A stretch of 64,000 nt of DNA from assembly GCA_964291215.2 (NCBI GenBank), contig OZ219790.1, positions 1,344,001-1,408,000 of the forward strand, written 5' to 3'. The DNA is from Alphaproteobacteria bacterium. GTDB taxonomy: Bacteria > Pseudomonadota > Alphaproteobacteria > MPNO01 > UBA830. The position numbers were made by a program, and so were the translations under genes. Positions 11,295 through 21,860 of this stretch are shown in pieces. Each line of letters starts with the position of its first letter. Position 1 is the first letter of the stretch. The notes under the pieces are model-generated. The model searched no databases and was not told where the DNA came from. It worked only from the letters and a program-made list of their open reading frames with translations.

Positions 11295-11701
11295 AGTGTC
11301 TTGTCATTCGTCAAATGTCGAATAAAGGCGTTTGAGTTTCACGCGGGCATCGTCGGTGGTGAACTGCCAATCCACCTTGGCCTGGATGCGGTCGCCTGCC
11401 AGGCGGCGACTTCCCGGCGTAACACCTCGATGCAGTCGATGCGGCGGTTCAGGCGGATCATGACGTTGAGTTCCACCACGTTCAGCCAACTGCCGTGCTT
11501 GGGGGTGTAGACGAACTCGAAGCGGTCCCACAGGGCCTTGGCCTCGTCCGGCGGGTAGGCCTCGTAGAGGGCGCCGGGGAGTGTTGAGATTGTCCATCAC
11601 CAGGGTGATGGTGGTGGCATCTTGGTAGCGCCCGGCGATGTCGGCCAGGAACTGCGCCCAATCGATCTTGCGCTCGGTTACCTTGGTCATGCGCTTGCCG
11701 G
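11293..11701 (-). mobile_element. IS630-family element, right-end fragment
   Basis: LVMDNLNT, YTPKHGSWLN, WQFTTDDARVKLKRLY. End ctagtgtcttgtca. Inverted copy of about 12400-12805. Confidence 0.88.
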
Positions 11702-12805
11702 CTAGTGTTATGTCAGCAATGATATGTCGTACATTTGGTGCTAGACTGTCCGTCCATTCGGGATGGAGGTCGGAGTATGAAACGCTACGTGGTGACCCTG
11801 GACGAACGGGCAGAACTTTCGGAGATCAAGGGCTCGCACCTGTCGCAAAAGGTAATCAACGCCCTGCTTAACTGCGACGAGAGCGCGTTCAATGAATGCC
11901 AGATGACCGGGAAGGTCATTGCTGAGATTCTGCGCATCAGCATGCGCAAAGTAGACCGAGTAAAGAAGCGTTTCGAGGGGCTGGAGGCGGCATTGGGTGG
12001 CCGGCGCCGTCCTACCTATATGCGAAAAGCCGACGGCGTCTTCGAGGCGCGTGGCCCTGAGTTGTGGTGAACCGCCTGAGGGTTACGCGCAATGGTCGTT
12101 GCGGCTGCTGGCCGACCGCGTTGTCGAGCTTGGTTACACCGTGTCACACGAGACGGTGCGGCGTGTTCTAAAAAAAACTGCCTCAAGCCATGGCAGCGGG
12201 TGGGTGATTCCTCCTCAAGGGAACGCCGACTTCGCCGCAGCGAAGGTGCTCGATCGCCGCCCCGCCGCCTTCCCCGTGGTCTGCATGGACGAAACGCCCC
12301 GACCGGCGAGACACGGCAACCGATCGCCATGGCGCCGGGACGGGCGTAACGACTACGAGTATCGACGTTGCGGTACCTGCAACGTCTTCACGGAACCCCT
12401 GGCCGGCAAGCGCATGACCAAGGTAACCGAGCGCAAGATCGATTGGGCGCAGTTCCTGGCCGACATCGCCGGGCGCTACCAGGACGCCACCACCATCACC
12501 CTGGTGATGGACAACCTCAACACTCCCCGGCGCCTTCTATGAGGCCTACCCGCCGGACGAGGCCTTGTGGGACCGCTTCGAGTTCGTCTACACTCCCAAG
12601 CACGGCAGTTGGCTGAACGTGGTCGAACTCAACGTCATGATCCGCCTGAACCGCCGCATCGACTGCATCGAGGTGCTACGCCGGGAAGTTGCCGCCTGGC
12701 AGGCGACCGCATCCAGGCCAAGGTGGATTGGCAGTTCACCACCGACGATGCCCGCGTGAAACTCAAACGCCTTTATCCGACATTTGACGAATGACAAGAC
12801 ACTAG
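11702..12805 (+). mobile_element. IS630-family element, full span but decayed
   Basis: Ends ctagtgttatgtca and tgacaagacactag with CTAG targets. WSLRLLADRVVEL, SHETVRRVLKK with an A9 run, VVCMDE, DYEYRRCGT, MDNLNT. Confidence 0.9.
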
Positions 12806-13277
12806 TGCGGTATCCGACCGTAATGAAGCGCGGCGGCGGCAGCGCCCGTCCCGCGCCGCCGCGTTGCGGCCGGGGGTCCGTGCGCCGTGTTGTGAAATGT
12901 CCGATTTCGTCCGACGAGGGGGCGTTGTAGGCAGATCTGGAGGTCTATTCGGGAGCGGATTTCGTTGTCGATATGCCGGTTCCGACCTTGAGACGGTGCC
13001 ACCAACTTCAAGAACGGCCACTCTGACACGGTTGTCCGCCGCCAACCGCGACAACAGAATGGTCCTGGGGGTGGCGCCAGCCCGGAACGAGCCGCGATGA
13101 TGGCCGCCGGGGTGCCCGATCCGGCGCCGGATGCATGCTCCGGGCGCTTGTGCAGGCACCGGGATGGTGGCAGGGTTCTTAGGTGCCGCGGTGCCGCCGG
13201 TCCAGCCCGGTCCCGGAGCATCGGCTCCGGCGGCAGTGCCAGACCGCCGAACCACCACCGTCAGGAGGACCGAGACC

Positions 13278-14042
13278 ATGGCCGACGAACCCCACACCAG
13301 GATCGGCACGCCCACTTCGGATACCCAGCGCTTCCGCATGCGCGGAAAGGACGTGCTGAACGAGATCGTCGGCGAGAAGTCATTCTCGGAAACCTTCTAC
13401 TTCATCGTCACCGGGCGCGAACTCGCTCCCAAAAAGGTCCGAGTCTTCGACGCCTGCATGGTAATCCTGATGGATCACGGGCTGACGCCGACGGCGCTCG
13501 TCGCGCGAATGGTTCACGACTCGCTGTCCGACGACATACAGCTCCCGATGATCGCCGGCGCGATGATGGTCGGCAACAAGTTCGCCGGAACCATGGCCGG
13601 CGCCGGGGCGCTCTACAGGGAAGGCGCAGCTGCGGAGGAAGACGCGCGGCAATGGGCCGCGGGCGTCGTGCGGCGTTTCCGCGAACAGAAGAAGTTCATC
13701 CCGGGTTACGGCCACCCCTACTACTTCCCAACCGATCCGCGGGCCGACCGAATGTTCGAGATTGCAGCCGAGGCTGGCTGCGAAGGCCGCTATATCGAAC
13801 TGGCGCGGATCCTCGGAGAGGAGATTGCGAGCACCCGCGGCAAACCGCTGACGCTCAACGTCACCGGAGCCCTCGGCGCGGTGCTTAACGAGATCGACTT
13901 CCCGGTCGCGGTGATGCGCTCGGTTGCCGCCGTCGGGCGCGCGGCCGGCCTGATCGCGCATGTCCACGAGGAGATGGACAATCCGATCGTTCCGGCAGTG
14001 GTGGATTTCATCAACGGCATCGAATATCGCGACCCCGAATAG
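13278..14042 (+). CDS. Citrate synthase-family / citryl-CoA lyase-like protein
   Basis: aggagg RBS. DHGLTPT, IPGYGHP, DPRA, LNVTGA, GRAAGLIAHVHEE. Confidence 0.85.
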   Translation: MADEPHTRIGTPTSDTQRFRMRGKDVLNEIVGEKSFSETFYFIVTGRELAPKKVRVFDACMVILMDHGLTPTALVARMVHDSLSDDIQLPMIAGAMMVGNKFAGTMAGAGALYREGAAAEEDARQWAAGVVRRFREQKKFIPGYGHPYYFPTDPRADRMFEIAAEAGCEGRYIELARILGEEIASTRGKPLTLNVTGALGAVLNEIDFPVAVMRSVAAVGRAAGLIAHVHEEMDNPIVPAVVDFINGIEYRDPE

Positions 14043-14087
14043 CTCGGCATCAGCCATGCTGCCAACAGGTATCGCCTGCCGGCGGGG

Positions 14088-15398
14088 TCAGCGGCCAACC
14101 GAGCGTTCGAGGGCAGGATAGCGTGCCAGCAGCGTGATCCCCCGCGCTCCCATGAAGATCGTCAGGGCGGCCCACAGCCCGTGGTTTCCCCATACCGGGA
14201 TCAGGCCAGCACATGCGACGAGGTAAACGGCCAGCGAGACCACCATGGCGTTGCGCATCGTGCGACCGCGCGTGGCACCGAGGAACACGCCGTCGAGCAC
14301 GAACGGTATCACCGATGCCAGCGGCAGGATCTGCGACCAGACGAGATATTCCCGCGCCGAATCCCGGACCTCGACAATCCCGGTCAGGAGATCGATGATC
14401 AACGGTCCTCCGGCCACATACACCGCGGCGAATCCGACAGCCGCCATCAGCGCCCACAATGCCGATGTCCGTACGGCTTCGCGGAACTCCCGGCGGTCGC
14501 GGCCGCCGACGGCACCGCCGCCAAGGGCCTCGGCTGCATGGGCAAACCCGTCCAGCGCATGCGCCATGAAGGTCTGGAAATTCAGGAGGATCGCGTTGGC
14601 GGCGAGCACGACATCCCCGAACGCGGCACCGCGCACTGTAAAATAGGCAAAGGCGAACACCAGGCATATCGTGCGCACGAAGATGTCCACGCTCAGCACA
14701 AAGGTGCGCCGGAGCGCGGCGCGGTCGAGAATGCGTTCGCGGACGAAGGCGCCGCCCACCCGTCTCAGAATCGGGCGCGCAAGCCACAGCCCGAGGCCCA
14801 TGGCGCCGAATTCAGCAATGACCGTGGCTGCCGCCACACCCTCTACATCCCATCCGAGACCCAAAACGAAGACGAGGTCGAGGACAATGTTGGCACCGTT
14901 CAGGAAGAGCTGGTGCCAGAGCGCGGTCCGCGCCTGCCGGCAACCGATGAACCAGCCCAGCAGCGCGAAGTTCATCAACGTCGCCGGCGCGCCCCAGATC
15001 CGCACCGAGTAATATTCCCGGGCGAGATCCTCGACCGCCGGCGAGGCGTCGACGAGCGCAAGCGTGGCCAGCAACACCGGATACTGCAGCAGGATCAGGG
15101 CCAGCGACACCGGTGCCGCAATGATCGCGGCACGCGCCAGGCACGCGCGCACCTCGTCGCCGTCGCGGGCGCCGAAAGCCTGCGCCGTCAAACCGCCCGT
15201 CCCCATCCGGAGGAAGCCGAAACCCCAGTAGAGGAAAGTGAAGATCATTGCCCCAACCGCCACCGCGCCGAGGAATTTCGGTTCCGGGAGATGCCCCATC
15301 ACGGACGTGTCGACGGCTCCGAGGAGCGGTACCGAGACGTTGGAGACGATGATCGGGCCAGCGATGCGCCAGACCCGGCTATGGCTTTCACGAGTCAT
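14088..15398 (-). CDS. MATE family efflux transporter (DinF-like)
   Basis: SNVSVPLLGAVDT, FLRMGTGGLTAQAFG, about 12 TM segments. Confidence 0.92.
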   Translation of the reverse strand: MTRESHSRVWRIAGPIIVSNVSVPLLGAVDTSVMGHLPEPKFLGAVAVGAMIFTFLYWGFGFLRMGTGGLTAQAFGARDGDEVRACLARAAIIAAPVSLALILLQYPVLLATLALVDASPAVEDLAREYYSVRIWGAPATLMNFALLGWFIGCRQARTALWHQLFLNGANIVLDLVFVLGLGWDVEGVAAATVIAEFGAMGLGLWLARPILRRVGGAFVRERILDRAALRRTFVLSVDIFVRTICLVFAFAYFTVRGAAFGDVVLAANAILLNFQTFMAHALDGFAHAAEALGGGAVGGRDRREFREAVRTSALWALMAAVGFAAVYVAGGPLIIDLLTGIVEVRDSAREYLVWSQILPLASVIPFVLDGVFLGATRGRTMRNAMVVSLAVYLVACAGLIPVWGNHGLWAALTIFMGARGITLLARYPALERSVGR

Positions 15399-15472
15399 TG
15401 GGTCGGGACAGCTGCAGCATTTCGTGGTTTATTGCCCGGAAGCTAACACCTCCCTCACGACGAGTCGCCACC

Positions 15473-16114
15473 ATGTCCGGACAGATTGCAGAAGGCCTGA
15501 TGCTCGCAACCGACGGTCGTACGCGGTGCTTCTGGCCCGGCGCCGACCCGGCCTATACCGCCTATCACGACGACGAGTGGGGTATGCCGGTCGCCGACGA
15601 CCGACGCCTGTTCGAGAAGATCTGCCTTGAGGGTTTTCAGTCCGGCCTGTCCTGGCTGACCATCCTTCGCAAGCGGGAGAATTTCCGCCACGCGTTCGCG
15701 GACTTCGATTACGAGACGGTTGCCGGCTTTGGCGACGGCGAAATCTCCGCCCTTCTCAAGGACACCGGCATCATCCGCCATCGCGGCAAGATCGAGGCCA
15801 CGATAAACAATGCCCGCCGCGCCCGCGAGATGGCGGCGGAATACGGTTCTCTCGGCGCGTTCTTCTGGAGGTGGGAGCCAGACCCCGAAACGCGCCCCCC
15901 GGCCATCGACTATGCGACGCTCCGCACCCTCGGAAGGACAGCCGAATCGACAGCGCTGTCAAAGGAACTGAAGCGGCGGGGATGGTCTTTCGTGGGCCCC
16001 ACCACGATGTATGCCTTCATGCAGGCGATGGGCATGGTCAACGATCACATCGCGGGATGTTTCGCGCATGAGAGCGTCGAACGGGCACGGGCGGCGTTCG
16101 TTCGCCCGCTATAG
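15473..16114 (+). CDS. tag: DNA-3-methyladenine glycosylase I
   Basis: YHDDEWG, LEGFQSGLSWLTILRKR, FVGPTTMYAFMQAMGMVNDH. Confidence 0.95.
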   Translation: MSGQIAEGLMLATDGRTRCFWPGADPAYTAYHDDEWGMPVADDRRLFEKICLEGFQSGLSWLTILRKRENFRHAFADFDYETVAGFGDGEISALLKDTGIIRHRGKIEATINNARRAREMAAEYGSLGAFFWRWEPDPETRPPAIDYATLRTLGRTAESTALSKELKRRGWSFVGPTTMYAFMQAMGMVNDHIAGCFAHESVERARAAFVRPL

Positions 16115-16119
16115 GACTG

Positions 16120-16694
<575 letters not shown>

Positions 16695-16698
<4 letters not shown>

Positions 16699-17693
16699 AT
16701 CACGAACTCGCTCATGGCTTCGGGTGCATACAGCGCCTCCGGTGTCAGCCTGCGGTGGCAGACGCCCTGCTCGTGGCAGTACTGGAGGAATGCATCTATG
16801 GTAACGCGGTTGGCCTCGATTCCATAGGGCCAGAGCCCGTTTCCGCCGAACACCTTCGAACCGACGCGCCCGGCATGCTCGTAGCCCCAGGGCACCGGTA
16901 TCTGCGATGCCGTGACACTGGTCAGGCGTGCAACGCTGCGATCCCGAGCCTCCTCGAACGCGGTCATGAGATTGCGGGCGATCCAGCGGTTGCGTTCATA
17001 GACATCGCGGCGAATGGCTATCGTGTGCATGATCGGATAGATGCCGGTCTCCTCGAAATACGCCTCCTCGACCGGCCGGTAATCGGGAAACAGGCGCGCG
17101 ACGCCGGGATGGCCCTGCTCGAACACGGCCGGAGGATGCGCCGAGATCATGCAGTCTATGTCGCCGGCGAGGAGCATGTCCGAAAGCGACCTGTCCGGCA
17201 CCTGGACATAACGCACGCCTTCGGGCAGCCGGAGATCGGCCATTTCGACACGGCCCGGCGCGTTGACGCCAGCCTGGACCCATTCGACCTTGTCGAGCGC
17301 GACGCCGCCGTGATGATGGAGCCAGCCGCGGGCGTAGACGGTCGCCGTCTGCGACCATTCCGGAATCCCGATCCGCCCTCCCCTGAGATCCTCCGACGTC
17401 CCGATGTTGCCGTCGCTCCGGATATAGAACGCCGAATGGCGGAACACACGGCTGACGAACACCGGGATGCCGGTAATCGGCGGATCATCGCGAGAGAGGA
17501 TAGAGCAGTACTTGGCGAAGGACAGCTCCGAGACCTCCCATTCGAGAGACTTGGCAAAGCGATAGAATATCTCCTCGACCTCCATCTTGAGATGGGTGAT
17601 CCTGATCCCGTTCGGCTTGACCGCGCCCGAGGCAATGTCGCGCACATGGTCGTAGTCCCAGGTCGCCAAGGTCAACTCGATATCGTTTGCCAT
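16695..17693 (-). CDS. 4,5-dihydroxyphthalate decarboxylase-like (periplasmic-binding fold) protein
   Basis: LTLATWDYDH, SELSFAKY, IPVFVSRVFRHS, TGIYPIMH, WPYGIEANR. Confidence 0.8.
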
Positions 17694-18677
17694 TCCCGCG
17701 CTCTCCCGCTGCGTTGCGCGGACCCTGGGGACCAGCCCGCTTGCCGAGCCGGACCTGAGAAGAGCGCAGCAGCCGTGGCCGCCAACCCGTCAGGCACCGC
17801 GTCTGCGGCCTTATACCAGCGCCGGTGCCGGCGGTCATCCCGCGGAGGTCTGCAGTGGGGCGACAGCCTCCTGCCCTCCCCGTGCGATTGCCGTGCGAGG
17901 CTCGCCGCCACGACGGTCCGGCGAGCGGATTCTCAAGGCCTGCACCGGCGCCTCCCGCTCCCACAGGGACGAAGTTTTCCAGACCGGATCATCAGGCTTC
18001 CGGTCTATGAAGAACGTGAGCACTATGGCCGCCACGACTATTGCTGCGGCAGCGGCGCCGACGATGACAGGTCTATTCACAGCGCACCTCGCCCGCACCT
18101 TCGGTGCCAACCAAATGAAAAACACCTCTCGTCTCTCCTCGAACATGGACCCTGGCTCAGCCAAAAAAGAGGGCTCATCGTATCCGTGTCGAACGACTGG
18201 TGTCGGCAGCCTGATCCGGTCGCGACGGAACATGACTTCGAGTAGGCGAGTTGTCTCGCGGGATCTTACACCGAGTTCGAGCCGCAGGTACCTCCAACGA
18301 CCTTCGAATGGGCGGCAAGCTACAGAACAGGTTCGGTGTGCAATACCGTTAGCTGCCCCTTTTGCCGGATTTCGCGTCCAAGAACGCAATGGCTGACGGC
18401 AGAAGGCCACACCTGCTGCCTATGAGCGTGGCGCAGTTTGATTGACAGTCGGACAACAGCTTGCGTGGCATCATATTTGCCGGCTTCCAGTCCGAAGTGC
18501 AACGCCCGGCCCTTCCCGGAGCGAGGGCGTAGCCCGAAACCGGTCGTCGAAGGAGTGCGGGCCGGCGTCGCCCCCAAGGCTTGACCATGGGCCGGCGGGT
18601 TGAGAAACAGGCAACCTTCGTCTAAGAAAGGTCCGCGAAGCGCAAAATCGCGCACTGCAATCAAGGGAAGTCCGGAG

Positions 18678-19598
18678 ATGGCGCCAGGATCCGACATCGA
18701 CCCCCAGGAAGCAAAGGAGAAGATACTCGGCTACTGCCTTCGCAAAGGCGCGCTCGCTGCCGGCGTGGCTGACATAGACGTGGTCGAGCGCATCGCTCCG
18801 GAGGGCCACCGGCCGAGCGACATGTGGCCGCGTGCGCGCTCGATCATCGCGCTCGGCGTCGGCGGCCAGACACAGGGCGCCTGGAGCATACCCGCCCGCG
18901 CGATGAGCTATTTCGGCTCGACCGAGACGCGCGCCTACACGATCGCCTATGGCTGCGCCTTCTTCATCGAGAACACCTATGGCCAGCGCGCAATCTACTG
19001 CCCTCCGGACATGGATCCGGAGGCCGGGCCGCGGACGCCGTTCCAGAGTCTGAAGCTGCACGCCGAAATCGCGGGCATCGGCGCGCGTTCGCTCGCCGGC
19101 GACATCCTCCTGCATCCGGAGTTCGGCTACATGTACTTCGCCTCGGTGTTCACCGAGCTCGAACTGCCGCCGGACCGGCCGATGGAGGACAATCCGTGCC
19201 CGACGCCGTCCTGCGTCGACCTGTTCCGCAGATCCGGCCAGACCCCGTGCATGAAGTTCTGCCCGGTCCAGTGCCTGTCCGGCGACATCGACGAGGACGG
19301 CAGGCAGCGCGAGATGCGCTACGACATGGCGGCCTGCGCGGAGATGACGCAGCAATTCGAGACTCTGCCCGACCTGTTCGAAGCCGCCATCGGCGGCAGC
19401 GACGAAGGCGAGCGCGAAGACCTCCTGTTCGGCCCTGACAACAAGATGCTGTGGTACAAGATGTCGGTCGGCTCCGGCGGGCTGCTGGCCCAGTGCTTCG
19501 AATGCATGCGGGTCTGCCCGATCGCGACCCAAGCGCCGATGGCCGATCCGATCCGCCGCCGCAACGCGCGGGCGGCGGACGGCCGGGACGGCCGATGA
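18678..19598 (+). CDS. QueG / reductive-dehalogenase-like iron-sulfur protein
   Basis: GALAAGVAD, SLKLHAEIAGIG, ILLHPEFG, SVFTELEL. Cys motifs CPTPSC...CMKFCP and C...CFECMRVCP. Confidence 0.75.
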   Translation: MAPGSDIDPQEAKEKILGYCLRKGALAAGVADIDVVERIAPEGHRPSDMWPRARSIIALGVGGQTQGAWSIPARAMSYFGSTETRAYTIAYGCAFFIENTYGQRAIYCPPDMDPEAGPRTPFQSLKLHAEIAGIGARSLAGDILLHPEFGYMYFASVFTELELPPDRPMEDNPCPTPSCVDLFRRSGQTPCMKFCPVQCLSGDIDEDGRQREMRYDMAACAEMTQQFETLPDLFEAAIGGSDEGEREDLLFGPDNKMLWYKMSVGSGGLLAQCFECMRVCPIATQAPMADPIRRRNARAADGRDGR

Positions 19599-21583
19599 GC
19601 CGCGGACTTCGCCGCGACCAGATCGGCGTTACCGAAGCCCTCATCGGCACCTACGGCAACACCATCTTCGAGCTCAGCCACAACTACCAGATCCGGCGCG
19701 GCGACCCGGTCCGCGAACTCGACTGGGAAGAAATCGAGCGCCAGCGCGAGAACGCCGGCCTCTCCGACCCGGAGATCGCGCGCAAGCTTGGACTGACCCA
19801 CGAGCAGGTTACCTATATCCGCGTCATGACCGAACACCGCCGCTTCAACCGGCGGCGGTATCCGCGGCTCTACGATCTTGGTGGCGGCCGCCGCTTCCGC
19901 GCCGAGCGCTTCACCCCCCACGAGGACCGCTTCGCCTTCAGCGCCGAGGCGCTCGCGCTCCGCGGCGCGCTGGCGTTCGATCCCGCGCACGCCACCCGGT
20001 TCCTGCGCGATGGCCACTGGAACGCCGATACAGTCGGCTCCTGGCTGGCCGCTCGCGCAGAGGCGGCCCCGGATACAGCGGCCGCGCGCGAGGGGGGCGC
20101 CGGGATGACCTACGGTGAGGTCTTCGAGGCGGCGCTGCGCACTGCGAACGGGCTTCTCGAGCTCGGTATCCGAAAGGGCGACGTGGTCGGAGTCCAGCTT
20201 CCCAACACGCTGGATTTCATGACCTTCTATTTCGCGGCGACGATGATCGGCGCCATTGTCTCGACGATGCACATGCCGTACCGCGGCGGAGAGATGGAGC
20301 CGCTTTTGCGTCACGGCCATGTCCGCGCCGTGCTGTGCGGCCCCGCAACCGACTCCCATGATGCGCCGGCGACCATGCTGGCGCTCCGCGATTCCGTTGC
20401 AACGCTCGAGCATGTGATCGTCGCCAGCGACAGCGCACCGCCCGGCACGCTTGCCCTACCGCAGCTGCGCGGTGCAGTCACCGGTATTGCCAATCCCCCG
20501 GTCGCCGCCGACCCTGCAATCCTGTGCTTCACATCGGGCACGTCGGCAGCACCGAAGGCGGTCGTTCACAACTATCACACGATGCTCTCGAACAACCGGA
20601 ACGCGGCCGCCCTTTATGCGCTCGCACCCGACGACATCGTGCTCGGGTTGCCGCCGTTCACCCACGCCTTCGGCATTTGCGTCATGAACCTTACTCTGAT
20701 GGCGGGCGCCACCGGCCTGCTGATGCGGGCGTTCAGCCCCGAGGACCTGATGGAGTTGATCGAGACCGGCCGCCCGTCGGTGTTGTTCGCGGCACCCGCC
20801 CACATCGCCGCCAGCATGGCCGCTGGCCTCCTCGGGACGCGCGACCTTTCGTCGCTCCGGATTGCGACGATTTCGGGCTCGACCTGTCCTCCCGAGGTCG
20901 CCCATGCCCTCGAAGACGCCATGCCCAACGGTTCGGTCGGACAGATGTGGGGCATGAGCGAGTGCTTCATGGGCCTGCACACACCGTTCGACGGCCCGGC
21001 CGCACGGCGGTGCGAGAGCCTCGGCGGTCCGACGCCGACATTCGAGATACGGATCGCAGGCCCCGACGATTCCTCCGCCGAGGACGGCGGCGAGGGCGAG
21101 CTGCAGATCCGCGGCTGTTCAGTGATCGCAGGCTATTTCGACAACGAGCAGGCCAACCGCGACGCCTTCACCGCCGACGGCTGGTTCCGCACGGGAGACC
21201 TCGCGGCCCGCGACGGCAATGGCGATGTCCGCATCACGGGACGCGTCAAGGACATCATCAACCGCGGCGGCATCAAGATCAATCCGACGGATGTAGAGGC
21301 CGTGATCGACCGCCATCCGGCCGTGGTCGCTTCGGCCATCGTACCCGTTCCCGACAACGTGCTCGGCGAGAGGGCCGCCGTCCACGTCCAGCCTCTCAAG
21401 GGCGCCGCCCTCACTCTCGATGACATCTGCCGCTGGCTCGACGAGCACGGGATCGCCAAGATGAAATGGCCCGAAGCGCTGGAATTCGTCGACGAGATGC
21501 CGATGACGCCGACGCGCAAGATCATCAAGAGCGCCCTTGTCGCGGGGCGCCGGCGACCTCCTGGCAAAGACCGGAATCATTAG
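19595..21583 (+). CDS. Acyl-CoA ligase (AMP-binding) with an N-terminal HTH-like extension
   Basis: ATGA overlap with the upstream gene. FTSGTSAAPK, WGMSE, GWFRTGD, GRVKDIINRGG. Confidence 0.88.
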   Translation: MSRGLRRDQIGVTEALIGTYGNTIFELSHNYQIRRGDPVRELDWEEIERQRENAGLSDPEIARKLGLTHEQVTYIRVMTEHRRFNRRRYPRLYDLGGGRRFRAERFTPHEDRFAFSAEALALRGALAFDPAHATRFLRDGHWNADTVGSWLAARAEAAPDTAAAREGGAGMTYGEVFEAALRTANGLLELGIRKGDVVGVQLPNTLDFMTFYFAATMIGAIVSTMHMPYRGGEMEPLLRHGHVRAVLCGPATDSHDAPATMLALRDSVATLEHVIVASDSAPPGTLALPQLRGAVTGIANPPVAADPAILCFTSGTSAAPKAVVHNYHTMLSNNRNAAALYALAPDDIVLGLPPFTHAFGICVMNLTLMAGATGLLMRAFSPEDLMELIETGRPSVLFAAPAHIAASMAAGLLGTRDLSSLRIATISGSTCPPEVAHALEDAMPNGSVGQMWGMSECFMGLHTPFDGPAARRCESLGGPTPTFEIRIAGPDDSSAEDGGEGELQIRGCSVIAGYFDNEQANRDAFTADGWFRTGDLAARDGNGDVRITGRVKDIINRGGIKINPTDVEAVIDRHPAVVASAIVPVPDNVLGERAAVHVQPLKGAALTLDDICRWLDEHGIAKMKWPEALEFVDEMPMTPTRKIIKSALVAGRRRPPGKDRNH

Positions 21584-21860
21584 CGATTGAGGCGCAGACC
21601 GCGGGCACCGGAAGAATACTGCACACCGTGCGACCTGTCCGGCCATAGCCGATCTCGACGAGGTGCCCACGGTCGACCGCCATCGGCAAGGCCCGGCGGA
21701 TCGCCGGGCTATACCATTGGCCAGGCGCTGGTTTCCCGGACCCCGAGCGCTACGCCCGGCCCCGCCTGGCGCTGCCGGTGGATGACAGACTCACGAGGCA
21801 CCGCTATGGTGCGGCCAGCGACAATCGTCCGCCCCCCCCAGCAACAGGGAGCAAGCGATC

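Noticed and set aside
12806-13277. Cobalamin riboswitch or other ncRNA near the cobT remnant
   Set aside because: Only generic GC-rich hairpins, with no B12-box consensus recognised.
17835-18410. 191-aa ORF with one TM segment (possible remnant of a membrane-anchored protein starting near 18080)
   Set aside because: No recognisable domain beyond the hydrophobic stretch, so a product cannot be supported.
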